From: an uncultured Chloroflexia bacterium
GTDB lineage: Bacteria; Chloroflexota; Limnocylindria; Limnocylindrales; CSP1-4
Direction: 5' to 3'
NCBI GenBank assembly: GCA_963819655.1
Contig: CAWFXA010000002.1
Location: 960,001 to 1,024,000, forward strand
DNA length: 64,000 nt
This document shows, one piece after another, positions 1 to 9,631 of this stretch. A model generated the notes under the pieces. It saw nothing but the letters and a program-made list of their open reading frames with translations, had not been told where the DNA came from and searched no databases. A program made the position numbers and the translations under genes. Position 1 is the stretch's first letter. Each line of letters starts with the position of its first letter.

Positions 1-508
1 GTTGAAGCATGCCAAGGCGGTCCTCGCGTTCGCCGCTCCGACCACCAACTCGTACCGCCGGCTCGTGCCGGGCTACGAGGCGCCGATCAACCTCGTCTAC
101 TCGCAGCGCAACCGCTCGGCGTGCATCCGCATCCCGACCTACTTCACGACCCCGGGTGCCCGTCGCCTGGAGTTCCGCTCGCCGGACCCGACGTGCAATC
201 CGTACCTGTCGTTCAGCGCCCAGTTGCTCGCCGGCCTCGACGGCGTCATCAATAAGGTCGAGCCGCCGGCACCGGTCGACCGCGACATCTACGAGATGAG
301 CGCCGAGGAGAAGGCAGGCATCGACGGCACGCCGGGCTCGCTCGAGGAGGCGCTCGACGCCCTCGAGGCCGACCAGGAATTCCTGTATCGCGGCGACGTG
401 TTCACCAAGGACGTCGTCGACGCGTGGCTGGACTTCAAGCGCGCTGGCGCGAAGGAAGTCCAGCTCCGACCGCACCCGTACGAGTTCTACCTGTATAGCG
501 AGATGTAA
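1..508 (+). CDS. glnA: Type I glutamine synthetase (GSI-beta-like), 5' part outside window
   Basis: Motifs [23 protein letters not shown] and [14 protein letters not shown]; the adenylylation-loop Tyr is present (DRDIYEM); ends [10 protein letters not shown]. Confidence 0.95.
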   Translation, partial: LKHAKAVLAFAAPTTNSYRRLVPGYEAPINLVYSQRNRSACIRIPTYFTTPGARRLEFRSPDPTCNPYLSFSAQLLAGLDGVINKVEPPAPVDRDIYEMSAEEKAGIDGTPGSLEEALDALEADQEFLYRGDVFTKDVVDAWLDFKRAGAKEVQLRPHPYEFYLYSEM

Positions 509-608
509 CTCGCCCAGCCCGACGCGACCACGCCCGGTCACCACGGTGGCCGGGCGTATCCTTGCCACCACCGCCCCGTCCCGCCCGGCCAAACATCAGG
601 AGGTTCCG

Positions 609-1982
609 TTGACCGTCGCCACCCGACCCGAGTCCGGCCCAGACGCCGCCGCCAAGATCGAAGCTGCGAAGTCGAGCGGCATCCGCTTCATCCAGCTCCA
701 GTTCACCGACATCATCGGCCACGTCAAGGCCGTCACGATCCCGATCCACCAGCTCGAGGGCTCGGTCAAGCACGGCACGTGGTTCGACGGCTCGTCGATC
801 GAGGGGTTCACCCGGATCGCCGAGTCCGACCAGTACCTGATGCCGGACATGGACACCTTCGCGGAGATCCCGTGGCAGCCGGGATCCGGACCGCGCGGCA
901 CGGCACGGGTGATCTGCGACGTCTTCACGCCGAACGGCGAGCCGTTCGTCGGCGATCCGCGGGGGGTCCTGCGCCGGCAGGTCGAGCGGGCGAAGAAGCT
1001 CGGTTACGTCGTCAACACTGGCCCCGAGCTCGAATTCTTCCTTTTCCGCCGCGGCGACGATGGGGCCATCGAACCACTGCCGCACGACCAGGCCGGCTAC
1101 TTCGACTTCTCGACCGACCTGGCCCAGGAGATCCGCCAGGACATGGTCGATGCCCTCGAGGCGTTCGGCATCCGGGTCGAGGCGGCGCATCACGAGGTGG
1201 CGGTCGGCCAGCACGAGATCGACTTCGAGTATTCGGACGCGCTGCGGACCGCCGACAACGCGATCACCTTCAAGTTCGCGCTCAAGGCGATCGCCCAGCA
1301 GCACGGCCTGTACGCGACGTTCATGCCCAAGCCCATCCACGGCATCAACGGCTCGGGTATGCATACGCACCAGTCGCTCTACTCGATCGCCGAGAACCGG
1401 AACGCGTTCGCCGACGCCGCGAACCCGTACGGCCTCTCGGACGTGGCGCGCTCGTACATGGCCGGGATCCTCGCCCACGCGCGCGGCATGATCGCGGTCC
1501 TTGCGCCGCTCGTGAACTCGTACAAGCGGCTCGTCCCCGGCTACGAGGCGCCCACCTACCTCACGTGGGGCCGCACGAACCGGTCGGCGCTCATCCGAGT
1601 GCCGATGGTGTCACCCGGCAAGTCGATCGAGGGGACGCGTGCCGAGGTCCGTTGCCCAGATCCGTCGTCGAACACCTACCTCGCGTTCGCGGCGATGATC
1701 GCCGCCGGCCTCGACGGCGTCGAGAAGGGCATGAGCCTGGCCGACCCGGTCGAGGAATCGCTCTTCGAGATGGACGCGACCCGGATCGCCGAGAAGGGCA
1801 TCCGCGAACTGCCCGGGACCTTGGGCGAGGCCCTCGACGAGCTCGAGCGCGACGACGTGATCCGCGACGCCCTCGGCGACCACATCTTCAACCACTACCT
1901 CGACGCGAAGCGCACCGAATGGGACGAGTACCGGACCCAGGTATCCGACTGGGAGGTCGACCGCTACCTGGACGAGTTCTAG
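609..1982 (+). CDS. glnA: Type I glutamine synthetase (GSI-alpha-like), second paralogue
   Basis: Motifs FDGSSIEGF, GPELEFFLF, HHEVAVGQHEIDF, GINGSGMHTH and NRSALIRVP; TTG start at 609 follows AGGAGG (598-603). Confidence 0.93.
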   Translation: MTVATRPESGPDAAAKIEAAKSSGIRFIQLQFTDIIGHVKAVTIPIHQLEGSVKHGTWFDGSSIEGFTRIAESDQYLMPDMDTFAEIPWQPGSGPRGTARVICDVFTPNGEPFVGDPRGVLRRQVERAKKLGYVVNTGPELEFFLFRRGDDGAIEPLPHDQAGYFDFSTDLAQEIRQDMVDALEAFGIRVEAAHHEVAVGQHEIDFEYSDALRTADNAITFKFALKAIAQQHGLYATFMPKPIHGINGSGMHTHQSLYSIAENRNAFADAANPYGLSDVARSYMAGILAHARGMIAVLAPLVNSYKRLVPGYEAPTYLTWGRTNRSALIRVPMVSPGKSIEGTRAEVRCPDPSSNTYLAFAAMIAAGLDGVEKGMSLADPVEESLFEMDATRIAEKGIRELPGTLGEALDELERDDVIRDALGDHIFNHYLDAKRTEWDEYRTQVSDWEVDRYLDEF

Positions 1983-1993
1983 GAGGACGCGCA

Positions 1994-2245
1994 ATGTCCC
2001 CCCTCATCGGCACGGGCATCTTCATCCTGGCGGCTGTCGTTTGGGTCGTCTGCGCGGTGTACGCGTATCGAATGGCTCCCAGCTTCGGCCGCGGCGCATG
2101 GACCTGGGGGATCCTCGGGATCATCCTGGGACCCATCGCGCTCATGATTCTCTACGTGTTGCCGAAGCACGCGCCGAAACCCGGCCACGGGCGATCCCAC
2201 GAGGACCCCCAAGCAGCCCTGTACGAGCGACCGAAGAAGCGCTGA
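1994..2245 (+). CDS. Small membrane protein (two predicted TM helices)
   Basis: AGGAGG then ATG directly after the glnA stop; two hydrophobic stretches and a WGILGIILGPIAL motif. Confidence 0.75.
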   Translation: MSPLIGTGIFILAAVVWVVCAVYAYRMAPSFGRGAWTWGILGIILGPIALMILYVLPKHAPKPGHGRSHEDPQAALYERPKKR

Positions 2246-2277
2246 TCCAGGGTCGCCCGTCCCGCCGTCGCGCGGCC

Positions 2278-3249
2278 TTGCTGCTGGGCGTGGCCGCGGC
2301 AATCGGCCTCCTGACGCTGTTGGTCGTGACCGATCCGCGTCGGATCGGGGTCTTCCGGGAACGAGCCGGCCGGACCGCGGAGCCTGGCGAGGCGGGCTGG
2401 GTGGCTCGCGCCGCGGCGCCGGTCGCGCTGACCGAGGTGGCCGCCGCCGCGCATGACGGCCGGATCTGGGTGGCGGGCGGCCTCGATGGCGGTGGTCGAG
2501 CGGTCGATCGGCTGCTTGCCTACGACCCGGCAGGTGACGCCTGGGCGGACGGGCCGCCCTTGCCCGAACCGGTCCACCATGCCGCTCTGGTGTCGGATGG
2601 TGAGGCGCTCGTCCTGATCGGCGGGTACGAGGGCGATGGCTTCGACCGTCCGACCGCTGCCGTCTGGCGCCTCGACGATGCGGCTGCGGGCGTCTGGGCG
2701 CTCGCCGAGCCGCTGCCCGAACCGCGCGGGGCTGGTGCGGCGGCGTGGAACGGGCGAGGCGGGGTCGTCTTCGGCGGAGGCGTCGGACCGGGCGGTCCTT
2801 CGGCCGATGTGTTCGTGCTCGAGAACGGCGAATGGCGTTTGTTGGCATCGCTCAGCCGGGCGCGCGAGCATCTCGCCGCGTCGTCACTGGGCGCCGGCTC
2901 CGTCTCGTTCCTTGGCGGCCGTGACGCCGGCGGCAATCTCGGGACGGTGGATCTCGTGTCCGAGGTGGGCGTGGTCGGGCGGGCCGAAGACCTCCCGACG
3001 GCCCGCGGAGGCATCGCCGCGTTCTCGGCGGGCGCGCTCGGTGATTGCGTCGCGGGTGGAGAGGGACCCGACGGGACCTTCGGGACGGTCGAATGCATCG
3101 GCGCGATCACGACGACGCTCCCCGGCCTGACCGTGCCGCGACACGGGCTGGGCGCCGCGTTCGTGGACGGCCGGGCGTACGCCGTGCTCGGCGGACCTCG
3201 GCCCGGCCTGACCGTCAGCGCCGTCGTCGAAGTGCTGGACCTGCGCTGA
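2278..3249 (+). CDS. Kelch-repeat beta-propeller protein with N-terminal hydrophobic anchor (start uncertain)
   Basis: Repeated GG motifs with Kelch spacing (IWVAGG...YDP..DAW..GPPLP; LVLIGG; LPEPRG; PRHGLGAA..DGRAYAVLGG). Confidence 0.8.
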   Translation: MLLGVAAAIGLLTLLVVTDPRRIGVFRERAGRTAEPGEAGWVARAAAPVALTEVAAAAHDGRIWVAGGLDGGGRAVDRLLAYDPAGDAWADGPPLPEPVHHAALVSDGEALVLIGGYEGDGFDRPTAAVWRLDDAAAGVWALAEPLPEPRGAGAAAWNGRGGVVFGGGVGPGGPSADVFVLENGEWRLLASLSRAREHLAASSLGAGSVSFLGGRDAGGNLGTVDLVSEVGVVGRAEDLPTARGGIAAFSAGALGDCVAGGEGPDGTFGTVECIGAITTTLPGLTVPRHGLGAAFVDGRAYAVLGGPRPGLTVSAVVEVLDLR

Positions 3250-3275
3250 TCCAGGCCCCGGCATGCGCCCTCTGC

Positions 3276-3422
3276 CACTCCCTTGTCATGCACGAGGTGC
3301 ATACGAGGCCAGAGCGGCCAGAGTGGCCAGGATCACGTCGCGAGCTGCGACCGTTCTCATCGCTGCAGGGTCGAGAACCGTGTCGCGGGGTCCGCATGCG
3401 CGGGACGCATGACGAGGGAGTG
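3276..3422. repeat. Fold-back element with 16-bp terminal inverted repeats
   Basis: CACTCCCTTGTCATGC (3276-3291) pairs with GCATGACGAGGGAGTG (3407-3422) with one G-T pair; each arm abuts its own short palindrome. Confidence 0.7.
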
Positions 3423-3471
3423 TCCGCCCCAGTTGAGTGTCGGCCTAGTGGGATCGCGCATGATGGCCGAC

Positions 3472-4206
3472 ATGCACGACGAACGACATGCGGCCGCGCA
3501 CCTGGGCACTGAACTACGCCGGGCCCGGCAGCGATGTCGTATGCGACAGAGCGACGTCGCAGCTCGCATTGACTGCTCGCAATCGATGATCAGCCGGATG
3601 GAGCTGGGCGGCGGCGCCTACATGCCACTGGCCACGTGGGCGGCTGCTGCCGAGGCGCTGGATCGGCGGCTGGTCGTCGATATCGTTCACGAGCGCCCAG
3701 AGCTCCCGCGGGAGGACTCGTTGGCCGTTCGCTGCCATCGTGCGATCACTCGGGAGGCGCAGGGCGGGAAGTGGTCGGCGGTGACGGAGATCCGATCCCG
3801 GCCTGGGCATCAGGAGATCGAAACCGTACTCGCGCGGGCCTCTGACACGGTCGTCGTCCACGCCTGGGATGTCGTTACGCGCGTCGCTACCCGGCTCGAG
3901 ATGCTGCTGGCAAGCGTGGATCGCGAGCGCTCGGGACCAGACGGTAGCTCCGTATGCGGGCTGGTCGTCGTTCCTTCGACGCCCGGCAATCGACGGCGGA
4001 TGACAGAAGAGAGGGCGCTACTAGGAACGGCCGTACCGGCCCTCGCTGCCCACTGGTATGCCGCCCTCCGCAATGCGCATCGACCGGTGCCGATCAGCGC
4101 AGGCGTTCTGTGGCTGGACCGTCACGCCGGGCGCCTGCTGCCGGCGCCGTTGTTGCCGGGTTGGATCTGGGTCACCCCGGATCACGCGAGCCGCGTACTG
4201 GGCTGA
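3472..4206 (+). CDS. XRE-family HTH protein with C-terminal domain resembling a degenerate restriction-endonuclease-like fold
   Basis: LRRARQRCRMRQSDVAARIDCSQSMISRMELG is an XRE HTH; the C-terminal assignment is inference; start chosen from a -10-like CATGAT 7 nt upstream. Confidence 0.65.
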   Translation: MHDERHAAAHLGTELRRARQRCRMRQSDVAARIDCSQSMISRMELGGGAYMPLATWAAAAEALDRRLVVDIVHERPELPREDSLAVRCHRAITREAQGGKWSAVTEIRSRPGHQEIETVLARASDTVVVHAWDVVTRVATRLEMLLASVDRERSGPDGSSVCGLVVVPSTPGNRRRMTEERALLGTAVPALAAHWYAALRNAHRPVPISAGVLWLDRHAGRLLPAPLLPGWIWVTPDHASRVLG

Positions 4207-4265
4207 CGGGAAACTTCGACGGGAACGCGCCAAGGAACGGCCCCGATTCCGGCAAGATGGGCCGC

Positions 4266-5465
4266 GTGATGGACGTCCGGCCGGGTCGCTCGCTCGGCCT
4301 GTTGTCGGTCGCGCACGCCGTCAACCACGCATTCGCGGTGCTGCTGCCGCTGATCTTCCTCGCGATCATCGACGAGTTCGGGGTCACGGTGCAGGCGGTC
4401 GCGTTCCTTGCCGCGGCGGGCTCGATAGCCGCGGGGCTCGTCCAGCTGAGCTATGCCGAGCTGACACGGCGTGTCTCGCGCCGGCGGCTCCTGGGGTTGG
4501 GCGGAATCCTGTTCGGCGGCGGGTTCGCCGCGATGGCCCTCGCCTCGAACTTCGCGACGTTCGCCGTCCCGAACATCGTGGCGCGGATCGGCTCCTCGCC
4601 GCAGCACCCGGTCGGCAACGGTCTGCTGGCCGAGCAATTCCCGCCGGAGCGACGCGGGTTCGCCATCAGCGCCCACATCGCGGGCGGCAACGTGGGCACG
4701 GTCGTGATCGCGGTCGTCGGGACGCCGCTGATGGCGCTGCTCGGGTGGCGCGGCGTGTCGATCGTGTTCGGCGTCGCCGCGATCGTGATCGCCCTCGGCG
4801 TCCTGACGTTCATCCGGGAACGCGGCACGGACCGGGCTGCTGCCCGGGCCGGTGGCAGCAGCCTCGACGCGCTCCGGCGGGTCGTCGCAGACCGCGACCT
4901 CCGCTGGCTGTTCCTGACGTCCGTCCTGGGCGGCGGAGGTCGCGGGCTCGGGGTCGTGAATCTGTTCGCGTTGATCTACATGACCCGGGTCATCGGCCTC
5001 GACGACGCGACATCCGGGCTGATGTACGGCGCACTGATCGTGTTCAGCGTGCCGATCCCGCTGCTGGCCGGCTGGCTATCCGACCGGTTCGGGCGCAAGC
5101 CGTTGATCATCCTCGCCTACCTCGGTGGCGCGGTCGGGTTCGGTGTGTTCATCCTCGGCGGCTCGTCGCTCGTGTGGCTGTGGACCGGGATCGTGATCAT
5201 GGGGCTGTTCTCCTTCGCGGAGTCGCCCCAGCTCCAGGCGCTCCTCGCCGACATCTCGCCGCCGGCGACCCGCGACGCGTCGTACGCGCTGTACTTCACG
5301 CTCGCGTTCGGGGTCGGGTCGTTGTGGACGGCGCTCTACGGCGTCGTCATCGAGGTGCTGGGGGAGCCGACCGGGGTGCCGGCCGTGTTCGGGCTGATGG
5401 CCGCGGCGTTCGTGGCAGCCGCTCTCACGACGCTCCCGATCCGGACGGAACGGTCCGCAGCCTAG
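4266..5465 (+). CDS. MFS transporter
   Basis: About 12 hydrophobic segments; GWLSDRFGRK motif A; AHAVNH N-terminal motif. Confidence 0.9.
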   Translation: MMDVRPGRSLGLLSVAHAVNHAFAVLLPLIFLAIIDEFGVTVQAVAFLAAAGSIAAGLVQLSYAELTRRVSRRRLLGLGGILFGGGFAAMALASNFATFAVPNIVARIGSSPQHPVGNGLLAEQFPPERRGFAISAHIAGGNVGTVVIAVVGTPLMALLGWRGVSIVFGVAAIVIALGVLTFIRERGTDRAAARAGGSSLDALRRVVADRDLRWLFLTSVLGGGGRGLGVVNLFALIYMTRVIGLDDATSGLMYGALIVFSVPIPLLAGWLSDRFGRKPLIILAYLGGAVGFGVFILGGSSLVWLWTGIVIMGLFSFAESPQLQALLADISPPATRDASYALYFTLAFGVGSLWTALYGVVIEVLGEPTGVPAVFGLMAAAFVAAALTTLPIRTERSAA

Positions 5466-5480
5466 GGCATACTCCCGCGA

Positions 5481-6164
5481 ATGGACGCCAGGATCCTGCT
5501 CATCGAGGACGATCCGTCGATCCGGGAGGTGACCGCGATCGGGTTGCGGAACGCGGGTTTCACGGTCGAGACCGCGGACGACGGCCGTGCCGGGCTCGAT
5601 CGATTCGAGGCCGCGAACGTCGACCTGGTGCTGCTCGACGTCATGCTGCCGCGGATGGATGGCCTCGAGGTGGCCCGCGCGATCCGCCGCACCTCGATAG
5701 TCCCGATCGTGATGCTCACCGCGCGCGCCGACACGATCGACGTCGTGGTCGGCCTCGAGGCGGGTGCCGACGACTACGTGCGTAAGCCGTTCGAGGTGCC
5801 CGAGCTGGTGGCCCGCGTCCGTGCGGCGTTGCGACGCGTCGACCGGCGCGACGGGGACGAGGCCGCGCAGCTCCGCCTGGGCCCGCTGCTCATCGATCTC
5901 GCCGGTCGGAGCGTGACGCGGGACGGGGAGGACATCGCGCTCACGCGGACCGAATTCGACCTGCTGGCCGACCTGGCTCGCCACCCCGGTCAGGTGCTCG
6001 CGCGCGACACGCTGCTCGACCGGATCTGGGGCTACGACTACCTCGGCGATTCGCGCCTGGTCGATGTCGCGGTCGGACGGCTGCGCGCCAAGGTCGAGGC
6101 CGACCCCGCGTCCCCGGAGCTGATCCTCACGGTCCGTGGGGCCGGCTACAAGGCAGCGCGGTAG
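5481..6164 (+). CDS. OmpR/PhoB-family response regulator (MtrA-like)
   Basis: EDD, LLDVMLP, GADDYVRKPF receiver motifs; winged helix with DSRLVDVAVGRLRAKVE and TVRGAGY. Confidence 0.93.
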   Translation: MDARILLIEDDPSIREVTAIGLRNAGFTVETADDGRAGLDRFEAANVDLVLLDVMLPRMDGLEVARAIRRTSIVPIVMLTARADTIDVVVGLEAGADDYVRKPFEVPELVARVRAALRRVDRRDGDEAAQLRLGPLLIDLAGRSVTRDGEDIALTRTEFDLLADLARHPGQVLARDTLLDRIWGYDYLGDSRLVDVAVGRLRAKVEADPASPELILTVRGAGYKAAR

Positions 6165-6172
6165 GGCGCGGG

Positions 6173-7606
6173 ATGCACTGGCCGCGGGGGGTCCGGGCTC
6201 GACTTGCCGGCGCGCTGGTCCTCCTCGTGGCGCTCACCGCGGTCGTGCTCGGGGTCGGTGCGTCGGTCTTCGTCGACGTGCGCCTCCATGACCAGACGCT
6301 CCAGGACGCGGCAGCCCAGGCGCGCTTCGATCTCACCGTCACGGTGCCCGGCCGGCAGCTGCCCGACCGCCCGACGGTCGAGGACATCACGCGCAGCGGT
6401 CTGACCGACACGTTCCGGCGGCGCAACGTCGAATCGGTCATCGATCTCGGCGGCGGCCAGTCGGTCAAGTCCACCGATGCGCTCGGCGACCTCCTCGAGC
6501 GCCTGCCACCCGACGTCCCGGCGCGGGTCGGCCGGGGAGAGCTGGCCTACGCCTGGATCGACGTCGCGGGCGTCCCGTCGCTGGTCGTCGGCGGTCTCGC
6601 GCCGGGCGGCAGCATGGCCGTCTATTTCGTGCGAAGCGTCGAATCGATCTCGGCCGCGGTCGACCAGTTCCGGGCCGTGCTGCTGATCGGCTCCGCGCTG
6701 CTCGTCGTGATCGCGTTGTTGACGGCCAGGATCGTCGCCCGCGGCATCCTCGCCCCGATCGAGGAAGCGGGCCAGACCGCCGAACGCATCGAGCGCGGCG
6801 ACCTGCTCGCGCGGGTGCCCGTGACGTCGCACGACGAGTTCGGGACGTGGGCCGACCGCTTCAACAGGATGACGGACACCCTCGCCGAGTCGATCCGCCG
6901 GCTGGAGGCGGCCCAGCACCAGAATCGCCGGTTCGTGGCGGACGTGTCGCACGAGCTGCGAACACCGCTCACTGCTCTCGTCGCCGAGGCGTCGATCTTG
7001 CGCGAGCATCTCGACGAACTGCCGCCGGAGAGCCGGCGCGCGGCTGAGCTGCTGGTCAAGGACGTCGGGCGGCTGCGGACCCTGGTCGAGGAGCTCATGG
7101 AGCTGTCGCGCTTCGACGCCGATGCCGAGCAGGTGGCCCTCGAGCAGGTCGACCTTGGACGGCTCGTCGAGACCGTGCAGGCCGCGCGCTCGCCGAAGGC
7201 CACGTTCGTGGCACCCGACCGGCCGGTGGTCGTCGACGCGGACCCCCGCCGCCTCGAGCGGATCCTCGGCAACTTCCTCGACAACGCAAAGGAGCACGCC
7301 GCGGACGCCGACGTGGAGATCGAGATCGATGGCCGAGCGGAGGACGTCGTCATCGCGGTGTCCGACCGCGGCCCCGGCGTCCCGGGCGACCGGCTCGAAT
7401 TGATCTTCGACCGGTTCACGAAAGTCGATCCGTCGCGGTCCGGTGGGAGCAGTGGCCTGGGTCTGGCGATCGCGGCTGAACACGCGGCGCTCATGGGTGG
7501 TTATCTCCAGGCCATGAACCGCGAAGGCGGCGGCCTGCGGCTCGAGCTGGTCCTGCCCCGAGATGTTGCCCGATCGTTACGCGGCGGCGATGGGACGGCG
7601 ACATGA
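6173..7606 (+). CDS. HAMP-domain sensor histidine kinase (MtrB-like)
   Basis: Two TM helices, HAMP domain, H-box FVADVSHELRTPL, N-box NFLDNA, DRGPG and GLGLAI. Confidence 0.93.
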   Translation: MHWPRGVRARLAGALVLLVALTAVVLGVGASVFVDVRLHDQTLQDAAAQARFDLTVTVPGRQLPDRPTVEDITRSGLTDTFRRRNVESVIDLGGGQSVKSTDALGDLLERLPPDVPARVGRGELAYAWIDVAGVPSLVVGGLAPGGSMAVYFVRSVESISAAVDQFRAVLLIGSALLVVIALLTARIVARGILAPIEEAGQTAERIERGDLLARVPVTSHDEFGTWADRFNRMTDTLAESIRRLEAAQHQNRRFVADVSHELRTPLTALVAEASILREHLDELPPESRRAAELLVKDVGRLRTLVEELMELSRFDADAEQVALEQVDLGRLVETVQAARSPKATFVAPDRPVVVDADPRRLERILGNFLDNAKEHAADADVEIEIDGRAEDVVIAVSDRGPGVPGDRLELIFDRFTKVDPSRSGGSSGLGLAIAAEHAALMGGYLQAMNREGGGLRLELVLPRDVARSLRGGDGTAT

Positions 7607-7652
7607 CGGATCGAGCCTTGGGCGCAGTCACGTCGCACCTGGAGCCCAGCCG

Positions 7653-8639
7653 ATGAAAGCCGTTCGACGCCCATCCCTCGTCCCGGCCCTCGCGCTGGCC
7701 GGCCTGCTCGTCGCGACCGCGGCGTGCACGTCGTCCGGCAGTCTCGGGCAAGTCCCGAGCGTGCCGCCGACCACGGCTCCGTCGATCGACGCGGGTCCGC
7801 CCGACGCGACACCGGCGCCCTCGACCCCGCCATCGCCGTCCGGGCAGCCCTCGAGCGGGCCCCCCGCGTCGCCGAGCGGATCACCGTCGCCGTCGGTGCC
7901 GATCGAGAGGATGGTCATCCGCGCCTACTACGTGCTCGACGGCGACCCCGGCGTCGAAGGCATCGTGCCGACTCTCCGGGTGGTGCCGAAGACCAGCGGC
8001 GTGGCGCGCGCCGCCATGGAGGCGCTGCTCGACGCCGACGCGATCATCGGCCAGTACTCGCAGCTGTCGACCGCGGTCCCGGATGGGACGTCGCTCCTCG
8101 GCATCTCGATCAAGGACGGTGTCGCGACCGTCGACCTGTCGCGCGAGTTCGAGTCGGGCGGCGGCAGCGCATCGTCGACATACCGTCTCGGCCAGGTCGT
8201 CTACACGCTGACCCAGTTCTCGACGGTCCGCGCGGTCCTGTTCCAGATCGAGGGTCGGACCGTGACGACGTTCGGGCCCGAGGGCATCCAGCTCGACGGC
8301 CCGCAGGGCCGCGCCGACTTCGAGCAGCAGCTCCCATCGACCTTCGTCGATCGGCCGGCGTTCGGTGCGGCGGCCGGGAATCCGGCACGGGTCACGGGCA
8401 GCTCGAACGTCTTCGAGGCGACGTTCCGGGTCGCGATCCTCGATGCGTCGCGCAAGGTGCTCGTCGATCAGATGGCGATGGCCACGTGCGGCACCGGCTG
8501 TCGCGGCACGTTCGACGTCACGCTGCGGTACGACGTTCCGAAGGCCCAATGGGGAACGCTCCGGACGTACTTCGGGTCGGCCCAGGACGGCAGCCCGCAG
8601 GACATCCGCGACTACCCGGTCTGGTTGATCCCCGCATAG
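7653..8639 (+). CDS. Lipoprotein with GerMN and Gmad2-like Ig domains
   Basis: Lipobox-like ATAAC, Pro/Ser linker, GerMN signature (VATVDLS..F.SGGG, QVVYTLTQF..V..V), C-terminal NVFEA and CGTGCRGTF. Confidence 0.85.
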   Translation: MKAVRRPSLVPALALAGLLVATAACTSSGSLGQVPSVPPTTAPSIDAGPPDATPAPSTPPSPSGQPSSGPPASPSGSPSPSVPIERMVIRAYYVLDGDPGVEGIVPTLRVVPKTSGVARAAMEALLDADAIIGQYSQLSTAVPDGTSLLGISIKDGVATVDLSREFESGGGSASSTYRLGQVVYTLTQFSTVRAVLFQIEGRTVTTFGPEGIQLDGPQGRADFEQQLPSTFVDRPAFGAAAGNPARVTGSSNVFEATFRVAILDASRKVLVDQMAMATCGTGCRGTFDVTLRYDVPKAQWGTLRTYFGSAQDGSPQDIRDYPVWLIPA

Positions 8640-8731
8640 ACCTCGATCATCGGGCCCGGCGGAACGGCCATAGCCGCTTCGTCGGGCTCTTTGTTATCAT
8701 CCGCAGGCTCTGTCAAACGAGCACTTTCAGT

Positions 8732-8810
<79 letters not shown>

Positions 8811-8938
8811 CTCACCAATCTTGCTTTCGAGCTCGATCACAGGCGGCAGCGTCGCGCTCGGCGGTGCTGGTGACGATCCCGTGGCGCCAGTTCGACCACA
8901 TGACTCACACCGGCGACGTGGCGAGGGCCTCATAGGCC

Positions 8939-9592
8939 ATGCGTGACGTGGCCGAGATCCAGCTCACCCGGGTCAAGGCCCACCTCATCCTCGAGCCCGA
9001 GCTGTCGCTGATCGACTGCGGCTATGCCGGCTCGGAGCGGCGGATCGCGCGCGCCATCACCGCCCACGGTCGCGACCCCGCGGAGCTTCGGCGCGTCGTC
9101 ATCACCCACGGCCACCCGGACCACGCGGGCAGCGCGCGCGCGCTGGCCGGGGCCGCCGTGAGCATCCTCATCCACCCCGCCGACGGGGCGAACCTGCGCA
9201 TCACCTGGCAGGACGTCGTTGCCCGCCCCACCCGTGGTCGCGTCTTCTCCGCCATGACGCCCGAACCGCCATCGTTCCAGCCGATCGAGGACGGCGACGT
9301 CCTGCCGATGCTGGGCGGACTCCGCGTGATCCACACGCCCGGCCACACCCCCGGCAGCGTGTGCCTGTATGGGGCGCGGGACCGGGTGCTGTTCGTCGGT
9401 GACACGCTGCAGCGGCGGTTCGGGCGCGTCTCGTTCGCGAGCGGCCTGTACAGCGACGACCAGGCGGCGGCACGGCGGGCCGTGAAACGCCTCACCGAGC
9501 TGGACGTCGAACGGATAGTGTTCAGCCACTTCGCGGCGCTCGAGGAGGGCGCGGCGGAGGTCCTCGCCGGGCTGGCGAGCCGCGTCGGCTGA
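8939..9592 (+). CDS. MBL-fold metallo-hydrolase
   Basis: THGHPDHAG, HTPGHTPG, FVGD and a C-terminal H. Confidence 0.9.
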   Translation: MRDVAEIQLTRVKAHLILEPELSLIDCGYAGSERRIARAITAHGRDPAELRRVVITHGHPDHAGSARALAGAAVSILIHPADGANLRITWQDVVARPTRGRVFSAMTPEPPSFQPIEDGDVLPMLGGLRVIHTPGHTPGSVCLYGARDRVLFVGDTLQRRFGRVSFASGLYSDDQAAARRAVKRLTELDVERIVFSHFAALEEGAAEVLAGLASRVG

Positions 9593-9631
9593 CCGCGCGC
9601 CGCCAACCGCACTCGGGAAGGGCGCCCATCC

